Shown one piece after another: positions 31,965-42,413 of a DNA stretch of 64,000 nt (positions within the stretch are counted from its first letter, which is position 1; each line of letters starts with the position of its first letter). A program made the translations under genes and the position numbers. The notes beneath the pieces are model-generated. The model was not told where the DNA came from, did not search any database, and worked only from the letters and a program-made list of their open reading frames with translations. This DNA is from an uncultured Candidatus Binatia bacterium (GTDB lineage: Bacteria > Desulfobacterota > Binatia > UBA9968 > JAJDTQ01), in contig OZ219754.1 in the NCBI GenBank assembly GCA_964291295.2, positions 448,001 to 512,000 of the forward strand. The letters run 5' to 3'.

Positions 31965-32435
31965 ATGACGACAGAACCCATCACCCTCGGCGGCAAGAAA
32001 CTGATCATCCTCGGCGAGCGGGACGGCGTCCCCGCTCCGGTCATCGAGCAGGCCATCGCGGGACTGGGAGGCGAGGTCGCATACGCCGCCACCCAGTGCT
32101 TCGTCTGAACAGCCGCTGGTGCCATGGACCTTGAGGATCAAGGTCGAATCAAGGAACTCGCTGAAGAATACGGAAGGGAAGACATCGTCGTGCTGCTCGG
32201 TGCCCCCACCATCGAGAGCAGCCAGATCCAGTTCGAGACCGTCACCACCGGCGACCCCTCCTACGCCGGCCCCCTGGCCGGCGTGGAACTCGGCCTCCCG
32301 GCCTACCACGTCTTCGAGCCCGGCGTGAAAGCCGCCATCGACCCCGACCAATACGCCGACCACATCGCGGTACTGGAGATGGGACTGGATGCTGACGCCA
32401 TCACCGGCGCGCTGGCGGCGATGCGGGAGGGGTAG
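31965..32435 (+). CDS. grdA: Glycine/sarcosine/betaine reductase selenoprotein A (UGA read as Sec at 32106)
   Basis: Reading through the TGA gives 156 aa: GKKLIILGERDGVP...QCFV-U-TAAGAMDLEDQ...ETVTTGDPSYAGPLAGVELGL; RBS AGGAG. Confidence 0.93.
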
Positions 32436-32474
32436 GCGGAGACCGGGTTGCTCAAGGTCGATGGCCGGGCCGCC

Positions 32475-35400
32475 TCACCCGGCGTCGAGAATCTCCTTCA
32501 GCGTCGTCGCCGGAGGGTATCCCTCCGGGGAGGCCGTGAACTCCGGCGGAACGAAAAGGGGGTTGCCGGGCGACCACAGTTCCACGCTGTCGGCGTGCTC
32601 CTCGAAGTACTCCGGGGCCGTCGTCACCCGCAACGGCTCGCTCATGCCCGGAGCCAGCAGCCCGTATTCCCGAGGCCCCATGGGCCGAACCTCGACACCG
32701 GGCGGCATGAGTTCGCTCGATCCGATGATCCGGTCCAGATCGTCCATGGTGACGGTGGACCGGGGCCGCACCGGCATGGCGAGATCGCTTTCCGTCACCG
32801 CGTCGATATCGAAACCCGCGCGCTGTCTTTCGCCTGCCTCGCGTTCGATGGCGTCCACGATCCTGTGGCGCTCGCCCGCGTCCCGGCCTTCCCGGGCCAG
32901 CACGGACTGCGATATCGTTCGAGGCAGGCGGGCCAGGATCGGCTGCAGACGCCCCACCACCGACTCGAACAGGCCGATGCGCTTCCGGAGCGCGCGATAG
33001 ATGTCGGCCTCGACCGTCCCTTCGTAGTGCAGATTCACGATGCGGATGGTCTCGTTCTTCTGACCCAGCCGGTCGATGCGCCCGATGCGCTGCTCCACCC
33101 GCATGGGGTTCCAGGGCATGTCGTAGTTCACCAGGGCGCCGCAGAACTGGAAGTTCAGACCCTCCGCGGCGGCGTCGGTACACAGCAGAATGCCGGCTTC
33201 GGCATCGCGAAACCGCCGCCTGGCATCGTCCCGACCGATCCGCCGCCAGACGCCATCGGCACCGGGCACCTCTCCGCCGCGCCCCGAAAAGCACATCAAG
33301 CGCGTCTCCGCATCCTTTCCAAGCTCTTCGCGGAGAAAATCCATGGTATCGGTATACTGGGTGAAGACCATCGTCCGGCCGTAACCCTCCTGCTTCAGTT
33401 CCTGGAGAACCTCCTTGAGGCGTCCGAGTTTGCTGTCCGGCGGCAGCCGGCCAATACCGGCAAGAAGGCTGTCGATGCCGGCCCGCTCCTCGCCGGCAAG
33501 GGCGTCGCGCTCGAATTGCGCCGCCTCATCGACATCGAGAGGATCGTCCGCCGCGTCATCGTCCGGGATATCCTCCTCCAGGTCGGGCCAGGGCACCGGC
33601 CCGCCGGCGGCCAGGGCGTCCCGGTGTTTCCGCAATGTCTCGCGCAGTGCAACGAAACTGCTGGCCAGCCGGCGCCGGTAGATGGTCATGACGAATCCAA
33701 TCGCCGAGCGCTCCTTTTCGCTGGCCAGATTGTAGGTGCCGGCGATGTAGTCCTCCACCGCCTCGTAGATCCACCGCTCATCTTTCGTCATCTCCAGAAA
33801 GCGATCCTCGACCCGACGCTCGGCGATGCTGGTTGTCAACCTCCCCGCCCTGAAATAGCGCCGCAGCAGTTCGCGCGTATTGCGCGACACCAGCCGGCGA
33901 ATCGGCGTCGTCGCCCGCATGATGCCGACCGCGGCCCGGCGTTCCCCGGTCTCCAACTGCCGGCGCGGAATGCTGGCGGCATCGCGCAGCGCCCGCAGAA
34001 CCTTGTTGGTCTTGAGGCGGGACAGTCCGGCCATGCGCCGCGCCTGGTCCGTCCCGACGTCACCGTAGGCCCGCTCAGCCGACCGGAACAGCGCGGCCAT
34101 GCGCTCCAGCGCCTCCGCCGAAGGGCTCGGTTTCTCGATGTTGTCGAAGAAATCGAGGAACGCCCCGGAGGTCCATTCCGGCGGCAGACCGAGCAGGTTC
34201 AGCAGATCCCAGACCTCGATGGGATGAACCTGCATCGGCGTCGCCGTCAGCAGAACCAGCCCCGCCGTGCGCTCCTTCAATCGCTGCATCAGCTTGAGCA
34301 GCGCGTTCGGACCGCCCTCCTTCTGACTGCCCGCACTGCGCCGGCGCGCATGATGCGCCTCATCCAGCACCACCAGATCCCAAGGTTCGGCCTGTTCCAG
34401 AAGTTCCACCGCCCTGTCGTTCCGGCGCATCAACTGGCTCGACACCATCACGGCAGGTTCGCGATGCCAGTCCGCGCGCCCGACAGCGCGCTCATGGCGG
34501 TCCCGCAACGCCGGCGACGGGTACCATGCCAGCCTGGCGCCATCGTAGATGGGCCAATTGAGATTGAACTTCTCCCGCAGTTCGGTCTGCCACTGTCCCA
34601 GGACGGCCTTGGGCGCCAGGATCAGGATTCGCCTGGCGCGTCCGGCGAGCCAGGCCTGACGCAACAGCAGCCCGACCTGAACGGTCTTGCCCAGCCCCAC
34701 CTCGTCCGCGATCAGCAGCCGGGGCGGCCAGACTGCGCACAGGCGCTCGAAAGCCCTTGCCTGATGGGGCCAGGGATCGACCGCCGCGGTGGCCTCGCCC
34801 ACCCGCTCGCCGCCGCCCGGACGCGACGGCGCTTCCCGGATGAACGACCAGACCCGGCTTCTCAAGATGTCCGCCGGGGGCAACGCCGGTTTCGCGACCG
34901 CCGGCGGCGGCGCGGGATGCTCCGCATCCTTCTCCGCATCCTTGCCTGACAGCTGCTTCTCGAGACGCGCCGGCAAGTCCTTCGCCGGCATGAACCGCAT
35001 CAGGTCCCGGCGCACGGCGTCGGGCACGTCCAGCACGATCACGCGCCGCGCCTTGCCGGCCCAGATCCGCGCGAAACCGTCCTGCTCCCGATCGACCCTG
35101 CCGGGTTCGAGTCCCCAACTCGTAAAGACGCTGATGCTCTCCCAATTGTGCCGCCAACCGGCAGCGGTCTCATTCAGGCTTCCGGTCCAGGCGATCCGGT
35201 CGCCGCCGCGATCCTCGATGATGCCGCTCTTCTCATGAAAGATGCCGTCCGCCGGGATCGGCGTATGGTCCGGGTCGCAGGGAACGGCAACCTTCACGTC
35301 GAGGAATCCGCGTCCCACCATCCAGGCCAGCAGTTCCAGCGCATCTGCGGAAGCGGCATCGGGAGGTGCAAGGGGAAGGCGGGTCAACCGCTGTTCGACG

Positions 35401-35660
35401 AGATTGCGGAGATGCGCGCCCCTCTCGATGGCCTCGACCTCGGGCTGTTCCAGAGTACAGCCCACCACGAGCCGCATATGCCCCTTGTTTCGCACCAGCC
35501 CTTCGACACCGCGCGCCGCCAGCACCAGAGCGCCCGCGTTGAAGTAGCCGGTCAGCCGGTCGTAGCGCTGCGCGTCCCGGAGCGCGGGAACATAGAAGAG
35601 CCTGACGAGATCGCCATCATCTGAAGTATACTTGAGGCTCCATGCACGATCGCCGAGCAT
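32475..35660 (-). CDS. PLD-nuclease / SNF2 helicase of a restriction-like defence operon
   Basis: FHEKSGI...GSLNET (PLD-like), LIADEVGLGKT, DEAHH, LTATP, WNPMRVEQRIGRIDR. Confidence 0.92.
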   Translation of the reverse strand: MLGDRAWSLKYTSDDGDLVRLFYVPALRDAQRYDRLTGYFNAGALVLAARGVEGLVRNKGHMRLVVGCTLEQPEVEAIERGAHLRNLVEQRLTRLPLAPPDAASADALELLAWMVGRGFLDVKVAVPCDPDHTPIPADGIFHEKSGIIEDRGGDRIAWTGSLNETAAGWRHNWESISVFTSWGLEPGRVDREQDGFARIWAGKARRVIVLDVPDAVRRDLMRFMPAKDLPARLEKQLSGKDAEKDAEHPAPPPAVAKPALPPADILRSRVWSFIREAPSRPGGGERVGEATAAVDPWPHQARAFERLCAVWPPRLLIADEVGLGKTVQVGLLLRQAWLAGRARRILILAPKAVLGQWQTELREKFNLNWPIYDGARLAWYPSPALRDRHERAVGRADWHREPAVMVSSQLMRRNDRAVELLEQAEPWDLVVLDEAHHARRRSAGSQKEGGPNALLKLMQRLKERTAGLVLLTATPMQVHPIEVWDLLNLLGLPPEWTSGAFLDFFDNIEKPSPSAEALERMAALFRSAERAYGDVGTDQARRMAGLSRLKTNKVLRALRDAASIPRRQLETGERRAAVGIMRATTPIRRLVSRNTRELLRRYFRAGRLTTSIAERRVEDRFLEMTKDERWIYEAVEDYIAGTYNLASEKERSAIGFVMTIYRRRLASSFVALRETLRKHRDALAAGGPVPWPDLEEDIPDDDAADDPLDVDEAAQFERDALAGEERAGIDSLLAGIGRLPPDSKLGRLKEVLQELKQEGYGRTMVFTQYTDTMDFLREELGKDAETRLMCFSGRGGEVPGADGVWRRIGRDDARRRFRDAEAGILLCTDAAAEGLNFQFCGALVNYDMPWNPMRVEQRIGRIDRLGQKNETIRIVNLHYEGTVEADIYRALRKRIGLFESVVGRLQPILARLPRTISQSVLAREGRDAGERHRIVDAIEREAGERQRAGFDIDAVTESDLAMPVRPRSTVTMDDLDRIIGSSELMPPGVEVRPMGPREYGLLAPGMSEPLRVTTAPEYFEEHADSVELWSPGNPLFVPPEFTASPEGYPPATTLKEILDAG

Positions 35661-35662
35661 GA

Positions 35663-38593
35663 TCAGGATGCGTCGTCCCGCCAGAACTTGAGTTGTTCGG
35701 GCTCATTCACCCGGTCGCTGTAGGCGAGACGGCTCAGTTTGTAGAGGACTTCGAAGTCGCTTCCCGAGGCCGCCGCATCGCCTTCCAGAGCGATACCCGT
35801 GAACGCCCTGGACACCGGCAGCACCTCCTGCACCGCCTCAAGGGCCGCGAAGAAGCGGGCGTCCTGATCCACCCGCGTGTCGGCCAGCAGTTCCCGGGCC
35901 GCGGCCAGGGAGTGCAGTCGCGCCCGATTGGCGCCGTGGTGAATGGCGTCGATCATCCCGCGCGAACCATCCGGAGGGCCGAGCCTCCCCTTCGCCGCCC
36001 GGCGTGTGCTGTCCCACAGCAGGATGTCGCTGCCTTTCTTCTCCGCCAGCCGGCCCACGATGTCGCGGTCGAGGTCGGCGCCCACGGCACGGGCAAGCCT
36101 CAATGCCTCATCGCTGGAAAACACCGGCGCCCGGAAGGCGTCCCAGGCAAGCACGAAGAAGGCGGTGGGCGGATCCAGATCGGCACGGGCCTTGCGATGC
36201 GTCAGTTGCTCCAGGCGCCAGCGCTTGACCTCCCGCCGCGCGGCGTCCAGCGCATCCTCCGGCGTGGCCGCATAAGGATCCCTTTCGTCATCAAGGAGTT
36301 TCTGCCGCCGCCCGCGGCGTTCTTCCGGCAACTCCCGTGGCGTGCCGCGCTTGAGCGGCCAGTGGCGGGAGAATTCCTCCAGGGCCGGACCGAAGGAGGC
36401 GAGATAGAGATCGACCCCGCGGATCCCCGCCTTCTGAAACTCATCCATCCGCCGGCGGACCGACTCGGCCACCTGCGGTTCCACATCCTCCCAGTAAAGG
36501 CCCTGCCCGGCCTCGGTGCGGTCGCCGCGCGGGCGGCAGGCCAGGAAGACCGTGCTGTTGGCCGCCGCCTTGTCACGGATATGGAGACTGCCTTCGGCCT
36601 CGGTGTTGACCGGCCAGGACGCGGTGATGACGAAGCCCGCATCCATCAGACCCGTGGCCAGCGCGTCCCAGGCGCCCGTCGCCTTGTGCGTGAACATCAG
36701 GGTCAGGATGCCGCCCGGCTTCAGGACCCGGCGGCATTCCGAGAAGATGGCCGCCATGCGCTCCTGGTAATCGCGGCCGGCCAGCGCCTTCGCGCCCTTT
36801 TCGCCCCGGAAGCGCGCCGGGTTGGCGACCGCCTCGCTGTCCTTGTCGGTCAGATTGCGCCGGAACAGTTCCGGGAAGATGCGGCCAGCAGTGCGCTTGA
36901 GCCAGACATAGAAGAAGTCCGACAGCTCCGCGTACATGACATTGTCATAGTACGGCGGGTCCATGACGACAGCGTCGATGCTGCCGTCCTCGATATGGTC
37001 GAGGCTGTCACCGGGCTTGCAGGAGATTGTTATTGGGGGGGGGGGGGGGGGTACGCGGTAGAGGTCACCATCGCCCTTGCTGTTGGGCTTGGGGCGAACC
37101 AGCGACACGAGTTCATCGATGCATTTGGCGGTCTGGCCGATGGCCCAATCGTAGCCGACGCCGGCGACGAGAGGAGCCATTTCGGCGTAGGACCATTTGA
37201 ATGCAAAATCGTGGCGATCAAATTTACCAACAACGACCTGCCGCTGCGCATCCCAACGGGTCATTCGAGAATTGAAATTCAAGAGCTTGTCGAGCGAGAA
37301 CGCCAGATACCCATATGCTGCCTGGCGCACATCGGTCAGCGCCCCATCTTCCCGATCGGCCTCAAACATCTCACGAAACACCTCGACGCTGGTGCCGTGG
37401 CACAGAAGCTGGCGCGGCGAGAACAGGTCGCGCCACAATGGCATCCCGTACTGTATGGGACGGTCGTCGTTGCTGACCTCGGGAAATCGTTCGCTCGGCA
37501 CCATGTCGAGCGCCTCCCATTCGGACAGCTTTTCGGCAAGCCGCGCCGCGATGTCGGCGCTGTTGTCGTCCTCGGGCTGTGGTGCCCGGTAGCCGCGAAC
37601 CTCCCTTTCCTTGCCCCGCCTGCCGGACTTGAGAATCTTGCCCGGCACGCGCTTCTTGTAGACGACGGCATAGAGTTGCTCGCCCATCCGGCCAGCCTGG
37701 GCCTGCCGCTTGATCTCGTCACCGTCGATGACGCGGCCACAATCCTTGTAGGGGCAGACGCCGTCACCCCGAGAGACCGTACCGGGAGACTGCTCCTTGG
37801 CGGAATGGACGATTTCGAACGAGCAGACGCGGCCCGCCGTACCAGGGCCGGAAGCAAGGTTCGGACTGAGCCGCACTCCCGTTCCGTCTGGCGCCAACCG
37901 CCAGTTCGGCGAAAGCGGGACGAGTCCGGCGCAGTACGGGCAGATGACCGTGCGTGCCCAAATGTAACCGTCGGATCGGGTATTGTCTCCGGGCTCCGAC
38001 GGAAACGTCCCGGCAAGCCGTTCACGTACCTTCTGCGTGAATTCGGCACCAAGACTTCTGAAAGAACTCCCGACGCCAGCACCACATCTGGCTGGCCATT
38101 CGAGTGTCGCACGCTCAATCAGCGCGGCAACCGGATTCAGATCATTGGCCAACGTTTCGAGCCCGAGCCGAACGGACTCGAAAGGCACACTGCCGCCACC
38201 AGCGGTCGGGTCAAGGATCGTGGCGTCGTTTACTGACTCTTCGGCCAACCAGTCCCTGTCTTCTTTATTCGGTACATGGCCGAACGCTCGCCGATAGCCA
38301 TAGGCATCCGCCCCCAGCCGTTTCCCTTCTCGGGTTGCAATGGCGATCCGTTGCTTTGCCTTGACCGGATCCCCGTGAATTCCCAGCACATGCAGGAAAT
38401 TCTCGTGATCCGCATCCGCCGGCAGCAGCGAAGCCAGCACCGCCGCCCGCGACGCCACCAGCGGCCGACGCGCCCACCAGACATGGAGACGGTTCGGGGC
38501 AGGGAACGGCGTCATCGGCGTCCGCTCGCGCGTGCTCTCGATACCAAGCTCCGCAATCGGCAGCCAGCGCTCGATCAGGCGGGTGTCGGGCAT
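35663..38593 (-). CDS. DUF1156 adenine-specific DNA methyltransferase
   Basis: [52 protein letters not shown]. Confidence 0.92.
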   Translation of the reverse strand: MPDTRLIERWLPIAELGIESTRERTPMTPFPAPNRLHVWWARRPLVASRAAVLASLLPADADHENFLHVLGIHGDPVKAKQRIAIATREGKRLGADAYGYRRAFGHVPNKEDRDWLAEESVNDATILDPTAGGGSVPFESVRLGLETLANDLNPVAALIERATLEWPARCGAGVGSSFRSLGAEFTQKVRERLAGTFPSEPGDNTRSDGYIWARTVICPYCAGLVPLSPNWRLAPDGTGVRLSPNLASGPGTAGRVCSFEIVHSAKEQSPGTVSRGDGVCPYKDCGRVIDGDEIKRQAQAGRMGEQLYAVVYKKRVPGKILKSGRRGKEREVRGYRAPQPEDDNSADIAARLAEKLSEWEALDMVPSERFPEVSNDDRPIQYGMPLWRDLFSPRQLLCHGTSVEVFREMFEADREDGALTDVRQAAYGYLAFSLDKLLNFNSRMTRWDAQRQVVVGKFDRHDFAFKWSYAEMAPLVAGVGYDWAIGQTAKCIDELVSLVRPKPNSKGDGDLYRVPPPPPPITISCKPGDSLDHIEDGSIDAVVMDPPYYDNVMYAELSDFFYVWLKRTAGRIFPELFRRNLTDKDSEAVANPARFRGEKGAKALAGRDYQERMAAIFSECRRVLKPGGILTLMFTHKATGAWDALATGLMDAGFVITASWPVNTEAEGSLHIRDKAAANSTVFLACRPRGDRTEAGQGLYWEDVEPQVAESVRRRMDEFQKAGIRGVDLYLASFGPALEEFSRHWPLKRGTPRELPEERRGRRQKLLDDERDPYAATPEDALDAARREVKRWRLEQLTHRKARADLDPPTAFFVLAWDAFRAPVFSSDEALRLARAVGADLDRDIVGRLAEKKGSDILLWDSTRRAAKGRLGPPDGSRGMIDAIHHGANRARLHSLAAARELLADTRVDQDARFFAALEAVQEVLPVSRAFTGIALEGDAAASGSDFEVLYKLSRLAYSDRVNEPEQLKFWRDDAS
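37035..37051 (-). repeat. C17 homopolymer inside the methyltransferase CDS
   Basis: 17 consecutive G on the + strand; currently in frame, encoding PPPPPP. Confidence 0.9.
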
Positions 38594-38600
38594 CTGCGTG

Positions 38601-39683
38601 TCACGCAGCATGGTCAACAAGGCGGCCGGCGCCGCCGAACGCTTCCACTGTCCACTGGCTGTCCGCTACAATGGGCCGCCGCAGCCGAACCATGGCCGTG
38701 TCGCCCGCCGGCCGTCGAATACGCAATCCGCTCTCGCGCAGGGTCTTTTCCACTACCGTGTTCCCATGCCTGAACCTCGCTTGCCCGGACGGACTCTTGT
38801 TGGTGATCCAGGCATTCGGTGTCGCTTCCGATACGCGCCTTGCATCTTCCGAGGTCGGCAACACCCGACCACCCCGGCGCCAGGGCGTGAGGACCGCAAA
38901 AGGCTCGACTTGGAGCATCTGTTGCCACACTTCCGGTTCATTTGCGTTCGCCGAGCCGTGATGCGGCACCTTGAAGACCGAGGCCTTGCCTGGAGGACGA
39001 GCCGAATCCCCGAGAATGACCCCCCATCCCTGCCTTTCCAGGTCGGCGCCAAGAAGAAGCCGGATTGCATCGCATTCGACCCACAGTGCAACCGCCGCCT
39101 TGTTCGGGGAAAGGCTTGGAATATGTCTCTTGTTTCCACGAACAGGAGGAACCAGTCTGCCGACGGACTTCAGAAACTCCTGAAAAACACCGTCATCGGG
39201 CGAAAGCGCCCATAGCCGGCAGTCATGCCGCTGGAACACGACCCTGTTCGCGATCGCGTGGACCGGCTTCTTCATTTTGTCCCGGAAAAGCGAAAATACG
39301 TCGTGCAGCTCGCGCAAGCCCGAACCGGTATCCGAGATACGATTCCCTTCGAGCGCGCCTACCATGGCGAGAATTTCTCCCTCGCAAAGCGCGCTGGCGC
39401 AGCAGAACGCCGCATCGGGACAGGTTTCGAGTATTCGCGCAAGCCCGCGGATATGGTCGTCGTGCCAATGCGTCGCGATGACCATTTCGACCGAACCTGC
39501 GGGTTCGACGCCAATGCTGTCCAGATATCGTAGTGCCGCTGGCGTACCGTCGAGGTCGGCGCAGGAATCGACAACGACCCACGCACCACCGCCAAGATGC
39601 ATCACGATGCTCTCTCCAAACCCCGGGCCAAGAAGCACAAACTCGAACTCCCCGGGTCCTGGAGGCCCTCCGACGTTGGTCAC
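38601..39683 (-). CDS. MBL-fold metallohydrolase (ComEC/Rec2-like putative nuclease)
   Basis: GESIV, VVVDSC, THWHDDH, LLGADLE, KVPHHGS; GTGA overlap with the upstream gene. Confidence 0.85.
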   Translation of the reverse strand: MTNVGGPPGPGEFEFVLLGPGFGESIVMHLGGGAWVVVDSCADLDGTPAALRYLDSIGVEPAGSVEMVIATHWHDDHIRGLARILETCPDAAFCCASALCEGEILAMVGALEGNRISDTGSGLRELHDVFSLFRDKMKKPVHAIANRVVFQRHDCRLWALSPDDGVFQEFLKSVGRLVPPVRGNKRHIPSLSPNKAAVALWVECDAIRLLLGADLERQGWGVILGDSARPPGKASVFKVPHHGSANANEPEVWQQMLQVEPFAVLTPWRRGGRVLPTSEDARRVSEATPNAWITNKSPSGQARFRHGNTVVEKTLRESGLRIRRPAGDTAMVRLRRPIVADSQWTVEAFGGAGRLVDHAA

Positions 39684-40276
39684 CGCTCGAAAGCCGATAC
39701 CACCGACTCCGCCCACTCCCGACCCTTTCGGAGATCGCCTTCAGTCATCCTGGGCAGGTCGCGAAAGACGATCTGGGAAATCCGTCTTCGCGTTCCTTCG
39801 ATTGAGCGCTCGTATCCGATCACCCAGCGAAATATGCTGCCGACGACCATCCGTGAGGCATCGGATTCGGAGATCTCGGTCAACGGAATCTCCGCCTCTT
39901 CGCTTTCATGCGAGTGGCCTGCAGCCAAATCGGTCAGCCGTGCTGCAAACTTGTCCTCGCCGATATCGACGACATAGCCTTCCCACTCCTGCAAGGCGGA
40001 CAACGTAGCCCTTGGGGGAACGGCTGGCGGTCGTGGCGAAAGGTTTACAGATTGGGGCTGCCTCGCACTGTTCGACATCCGCAGCATTGAACCGGGATCA
40101 CCCGCGTCGTCCTGCCCCCCGGAAACAGTGGTCGTCGCGTCGCCCTCGTCCGTCAGCGCACGATCCACTGCTTCTTTCACTATCCGAAGGCGGACGTCGG
40201 CTTCGAACCCGCTTTCTTCGGTGGCCATATCGAGGCGACGTGCGGTCGCAGACTGCGTGGACTGATTCATGGACAC
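39680..40276 (-). CDS. Hypothetical protein (low-complexity N-terminus, beta-rich C-terminal domain)
   Basis: Coupled within the operon; LQEWEGYVVDI...FAARLTDL...GSIFRWVIGY. Confidence 0.7.
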   Translation of the reverse strand: MSMNQSTQSATARRLDMATEESGFEADVRLRIVKEAVDRALTDEGDATTTVSGGQDDAGDPGSMLRMSNSARQPQSVNLSPRPPAVPPRATLSALQEWEGYVVDIGEDKFAARLTDLAAGHSHESEEAEIPLTEISESDASRMVVGSIFRWVIGYERSIEGTRRRISQIVFRDLPRMTEGDLRKGREWAESVVSAFER

Positions 40277-40283
40277 TTTCCTC

Positions 40284-40997
40284 TCAATTGGTCACCAGGG
40301 ACATCACGTGATCGATGATCTCATCCGCGCGGCGGATCGACGAATCGAAGCCGTCCTCAACGAACCTGAGGAGTTCCGCGCGGGCGTCAGGATCAGCATC
40401 AGCAGCCGATCCGCCGATCGCGTAGTGGTCGTTGACTCCGACATAGACCCCCAGACGCCTGTCATTGATACGAACAGATGGCTCAACCTTCACGTTGATC
40501 TGTCCGCCTGGCGGCCTTCCCTCCGGTCGGGTTTGGCTCATGGTGAGCGAGACCATCCCGCCATGCTCCCCGTCCAGACCGAGTTTTCCTGCAACTTCCC
40601 CCCACGCCTCTGGTGGCGCAAGTATTCTGCCTGCCCGATCCCGCGCGGCCGAACTGGCCGCCCGAAAATGGACGTTGCGATTGATGCCGATGGCACTTAT
40701 GGGGGTGTGACAGAGCTGTTCTCGGAAAACACGCACCACGAAGTCTCGCACCCGAATGTTCGGCGCTGATTGAGTCGCGGCATGGAAGTGGTCGGGCGTG
40801 ACCTGGAGTTGCAACCATTCCGTGGAAAACGAAAGAATTTGAGGATGCGCAATCTGCAACTCGGCGTTATCCGCGGCACTTCGCGGCAGAAAGTCTTGCA
40901 GGGCGAACCAGGCGGGAGTAAGGATCGCCGGATTGAAATTTCCCAACAGTACGATGCTTACTTCACTGATCTCCGGCTCGATCCGCATCACGCTCAT
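40284..40997 (-). CDS. Hypothetical protein, TIGR04255-like
   Basis: SIVLLGNFNPAILTPAWF, TPISAIGINR, VNDHY. Family assignment is inferred from overall motif layout. Confidence 0.6.
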   Translation of the reverse strand: MSVMRIEPEISEVSIVLLGNFNPAILTPAWFALQDFLPRSAADNAELQIAHPQILSFSTEWLQLQVTPDHFHAATQSAPNIRVRDFVVRVFREQLCHTPISAIGINRNVHFRAASSAARDRAGRILAPPEAWGEVAGKLGLDGEHGGMVSLTMSQTRPEGRPPGGQINVKVEPSVRINDRRLGVYVGVNDHYAIGGSAADADPDARAELLRFVEDGFDSSIRRADEIIDHVMSLVTN

Positions 40998-41001
40998 CCG
41001 G

Positions 41002-41176
41002 TTACCCCTTCGACTCCGTCAACAGACACCGCAACGCGGTCAGCACCCGCCTCGGACGCCAGCGGTACATGGCCATGCCAAGCCAGTATGCCGCCTCCTC
41101 GCGTCCCATCGCCTCGACTCCATCAACCACCGTTCTCATGTTGCCGCGACTGCGCATCGGCGCAAGTGCCCGGAAG
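41002..41176 (-). pseudogene. Diverged second copy of the 3' end of the 159-aa gene (42414-42587)
   Basis: FRALAPMRSRGNMRTVVDGVEAMGREEAAYWLGMAMYRWRPRRVLTALRCLLTESKG* aligns to the intact gene's C-terminus. Confidence 0.85.
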
Positions 41177-41199
41177 GGGATTCCCGACGCTCAGTCACA

Positions 41200-41295
41200 G
41201 GGTCGTGCATGCCCTGTCCTCACCTTCAGTGGACGCACCGACAGCTTCAAGGTCTCGAAGCACTTGAAATGCCGCAAATCAATCCGTGTGATCAC
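41200..41295 (-). pseudogene. N-terminal stub of an AAA/ABC-type ATPase
   Basis: VITRIDLRHFKCFETLKLSVRPL overlaps the DUF262 stop and degrades before Walker A. Confidence 0.55.
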
Positions 41296-42403
41296 CCAGG
41301 ACCTCTCGAAGCATTTCATGAGCCATATGGAACCGGGCTTTCACTTTTCTGGTGTCGTTGGGTCCATAGGTGATGGCGGTATTGAATTCTTCATCTCCCA
41401 GGAGTCGATAGACAGCCTCGCGTACAACGTCCGCCGATGAACGGACGCGGTGTTCTTCGTAGCGGGAAAGCCCTGTGGACATGACATCCCAGAAAGAGGC
41501 GTTCAAGACCGAACGTCTCTCCTGCCCCGGTCCGTGTTTCCGGAAAGCGAAGCGGCCGAACAACAACAGATTGTTGACAAGACCTCGGTGGAACCGGGCA
41601 GAAACCTCCGACAGCTGCGTCTCGGTCATTTCGTTCATCCGGCGCAGGCAGTCGGCAAGAAACTGGTCCATGTCTCCACGATATTCGGCCAGGCTCAGCA
41701 GCTGAAATGCACAAAACCGGTTGACGAACTCCCGGTCCCGCATGGTCTTGTCATCCAGGCTGTCTCCGGTCGCCTGCACGAAGATGTCGGTTTGCGCTTC
41801 GCGCTTGAGAAAACGTGTGCCCGCGCCCATGAACAGGGAGTTCCTCATCTGTTGCCGGGTCAATTCGGCACCCGAATTCACTCTTTCGAAAATATCCAGG
41901 CGAGCGCGGTCCGGCACTCTCGAGTCGATGATGTAGAAGATGAGGTTACAGTCCTCGACGCGGTTCTGGATCTTGGAGGAGAGATCGCGAAATCTCTGGC
42001 CGTCGAGTTCCCTTCTGTCGGGAAGCTTGAGCTTCAGCTCGTTCTTCACGAAGCAACGGAAGGTAGAGAGACGCTGCAAGCCATCCACGACCACCATGCG
42101 CCCATGATCGTCCTCCGCCATGTAGAAGACCGGCAGGGGTATTCTCATGATAACCGACTCGATGAGCTTGCTCTGTTTGTCCACCGGCCAGATGAAGTCG
42201 CGCTGGAAGTCCGGATCCATGACATAGTTGGACTGGTCGATGCGCCGGATGACGTCATGGATGGTCCGGGTCTCGTGTCGGATCAACAGATCGTCCAGGG
42301 GATAGTCACCCCACGACGCGCCCCGTTGATCCAGACCTTCCGGTTCTTCGTCCTTGATGGACTGACCCCGCGTTGCCTCTTCTATCGTGTTCGCGTCACT
42401 CAT
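41279..42403 (-). CDS. DUF262 domain protein (GmrS/ParB-like)
   Basis: PDFQRDFIW, LIES, VVDGLQRLST, IFERVNSG. Confidence 0.9.
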   Translation of the reverse strand: MSDANTIEEATRGQSIKDEEPEGLDQRGASWGDYPLDDLLIRHETRTIHDVIRRIDQSNYVMDPDFQRDFIWPVDKQSKLIESVIMRIPLPVFYMAEDDHGRMVVVDGLQRLSTFRCFVKNELKLKLPDRRELDGQRFRDLSSKIQNRVEDCNLIFYIIDSRVPDRARLDIFERVNSGAELTRQQMRNSLFMGAGTRFLKREAQTDIFVQATGDSLDDKTMRDREFVNRFCAFQLLSLAEYRGDMDQFLADCLRRMNEMTETQLSEVSARFHRGLVNNLLLFGRFAFRKHGPGQERRSVLNASFWDVMSTGLSRYEEHRVRSSADVVREAVYRLLGDEEFNTAITYGPNDTRKVKARFHMAHEMLREVLGDHTD

Positions 42404-42413
42404 GGCTTCACTG

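Noticed and set aside
32124-32435. Stand-alone 103-aa ORF
   Set aside because: It is the C-terminal part of GrdA downstream of the Sec codon.
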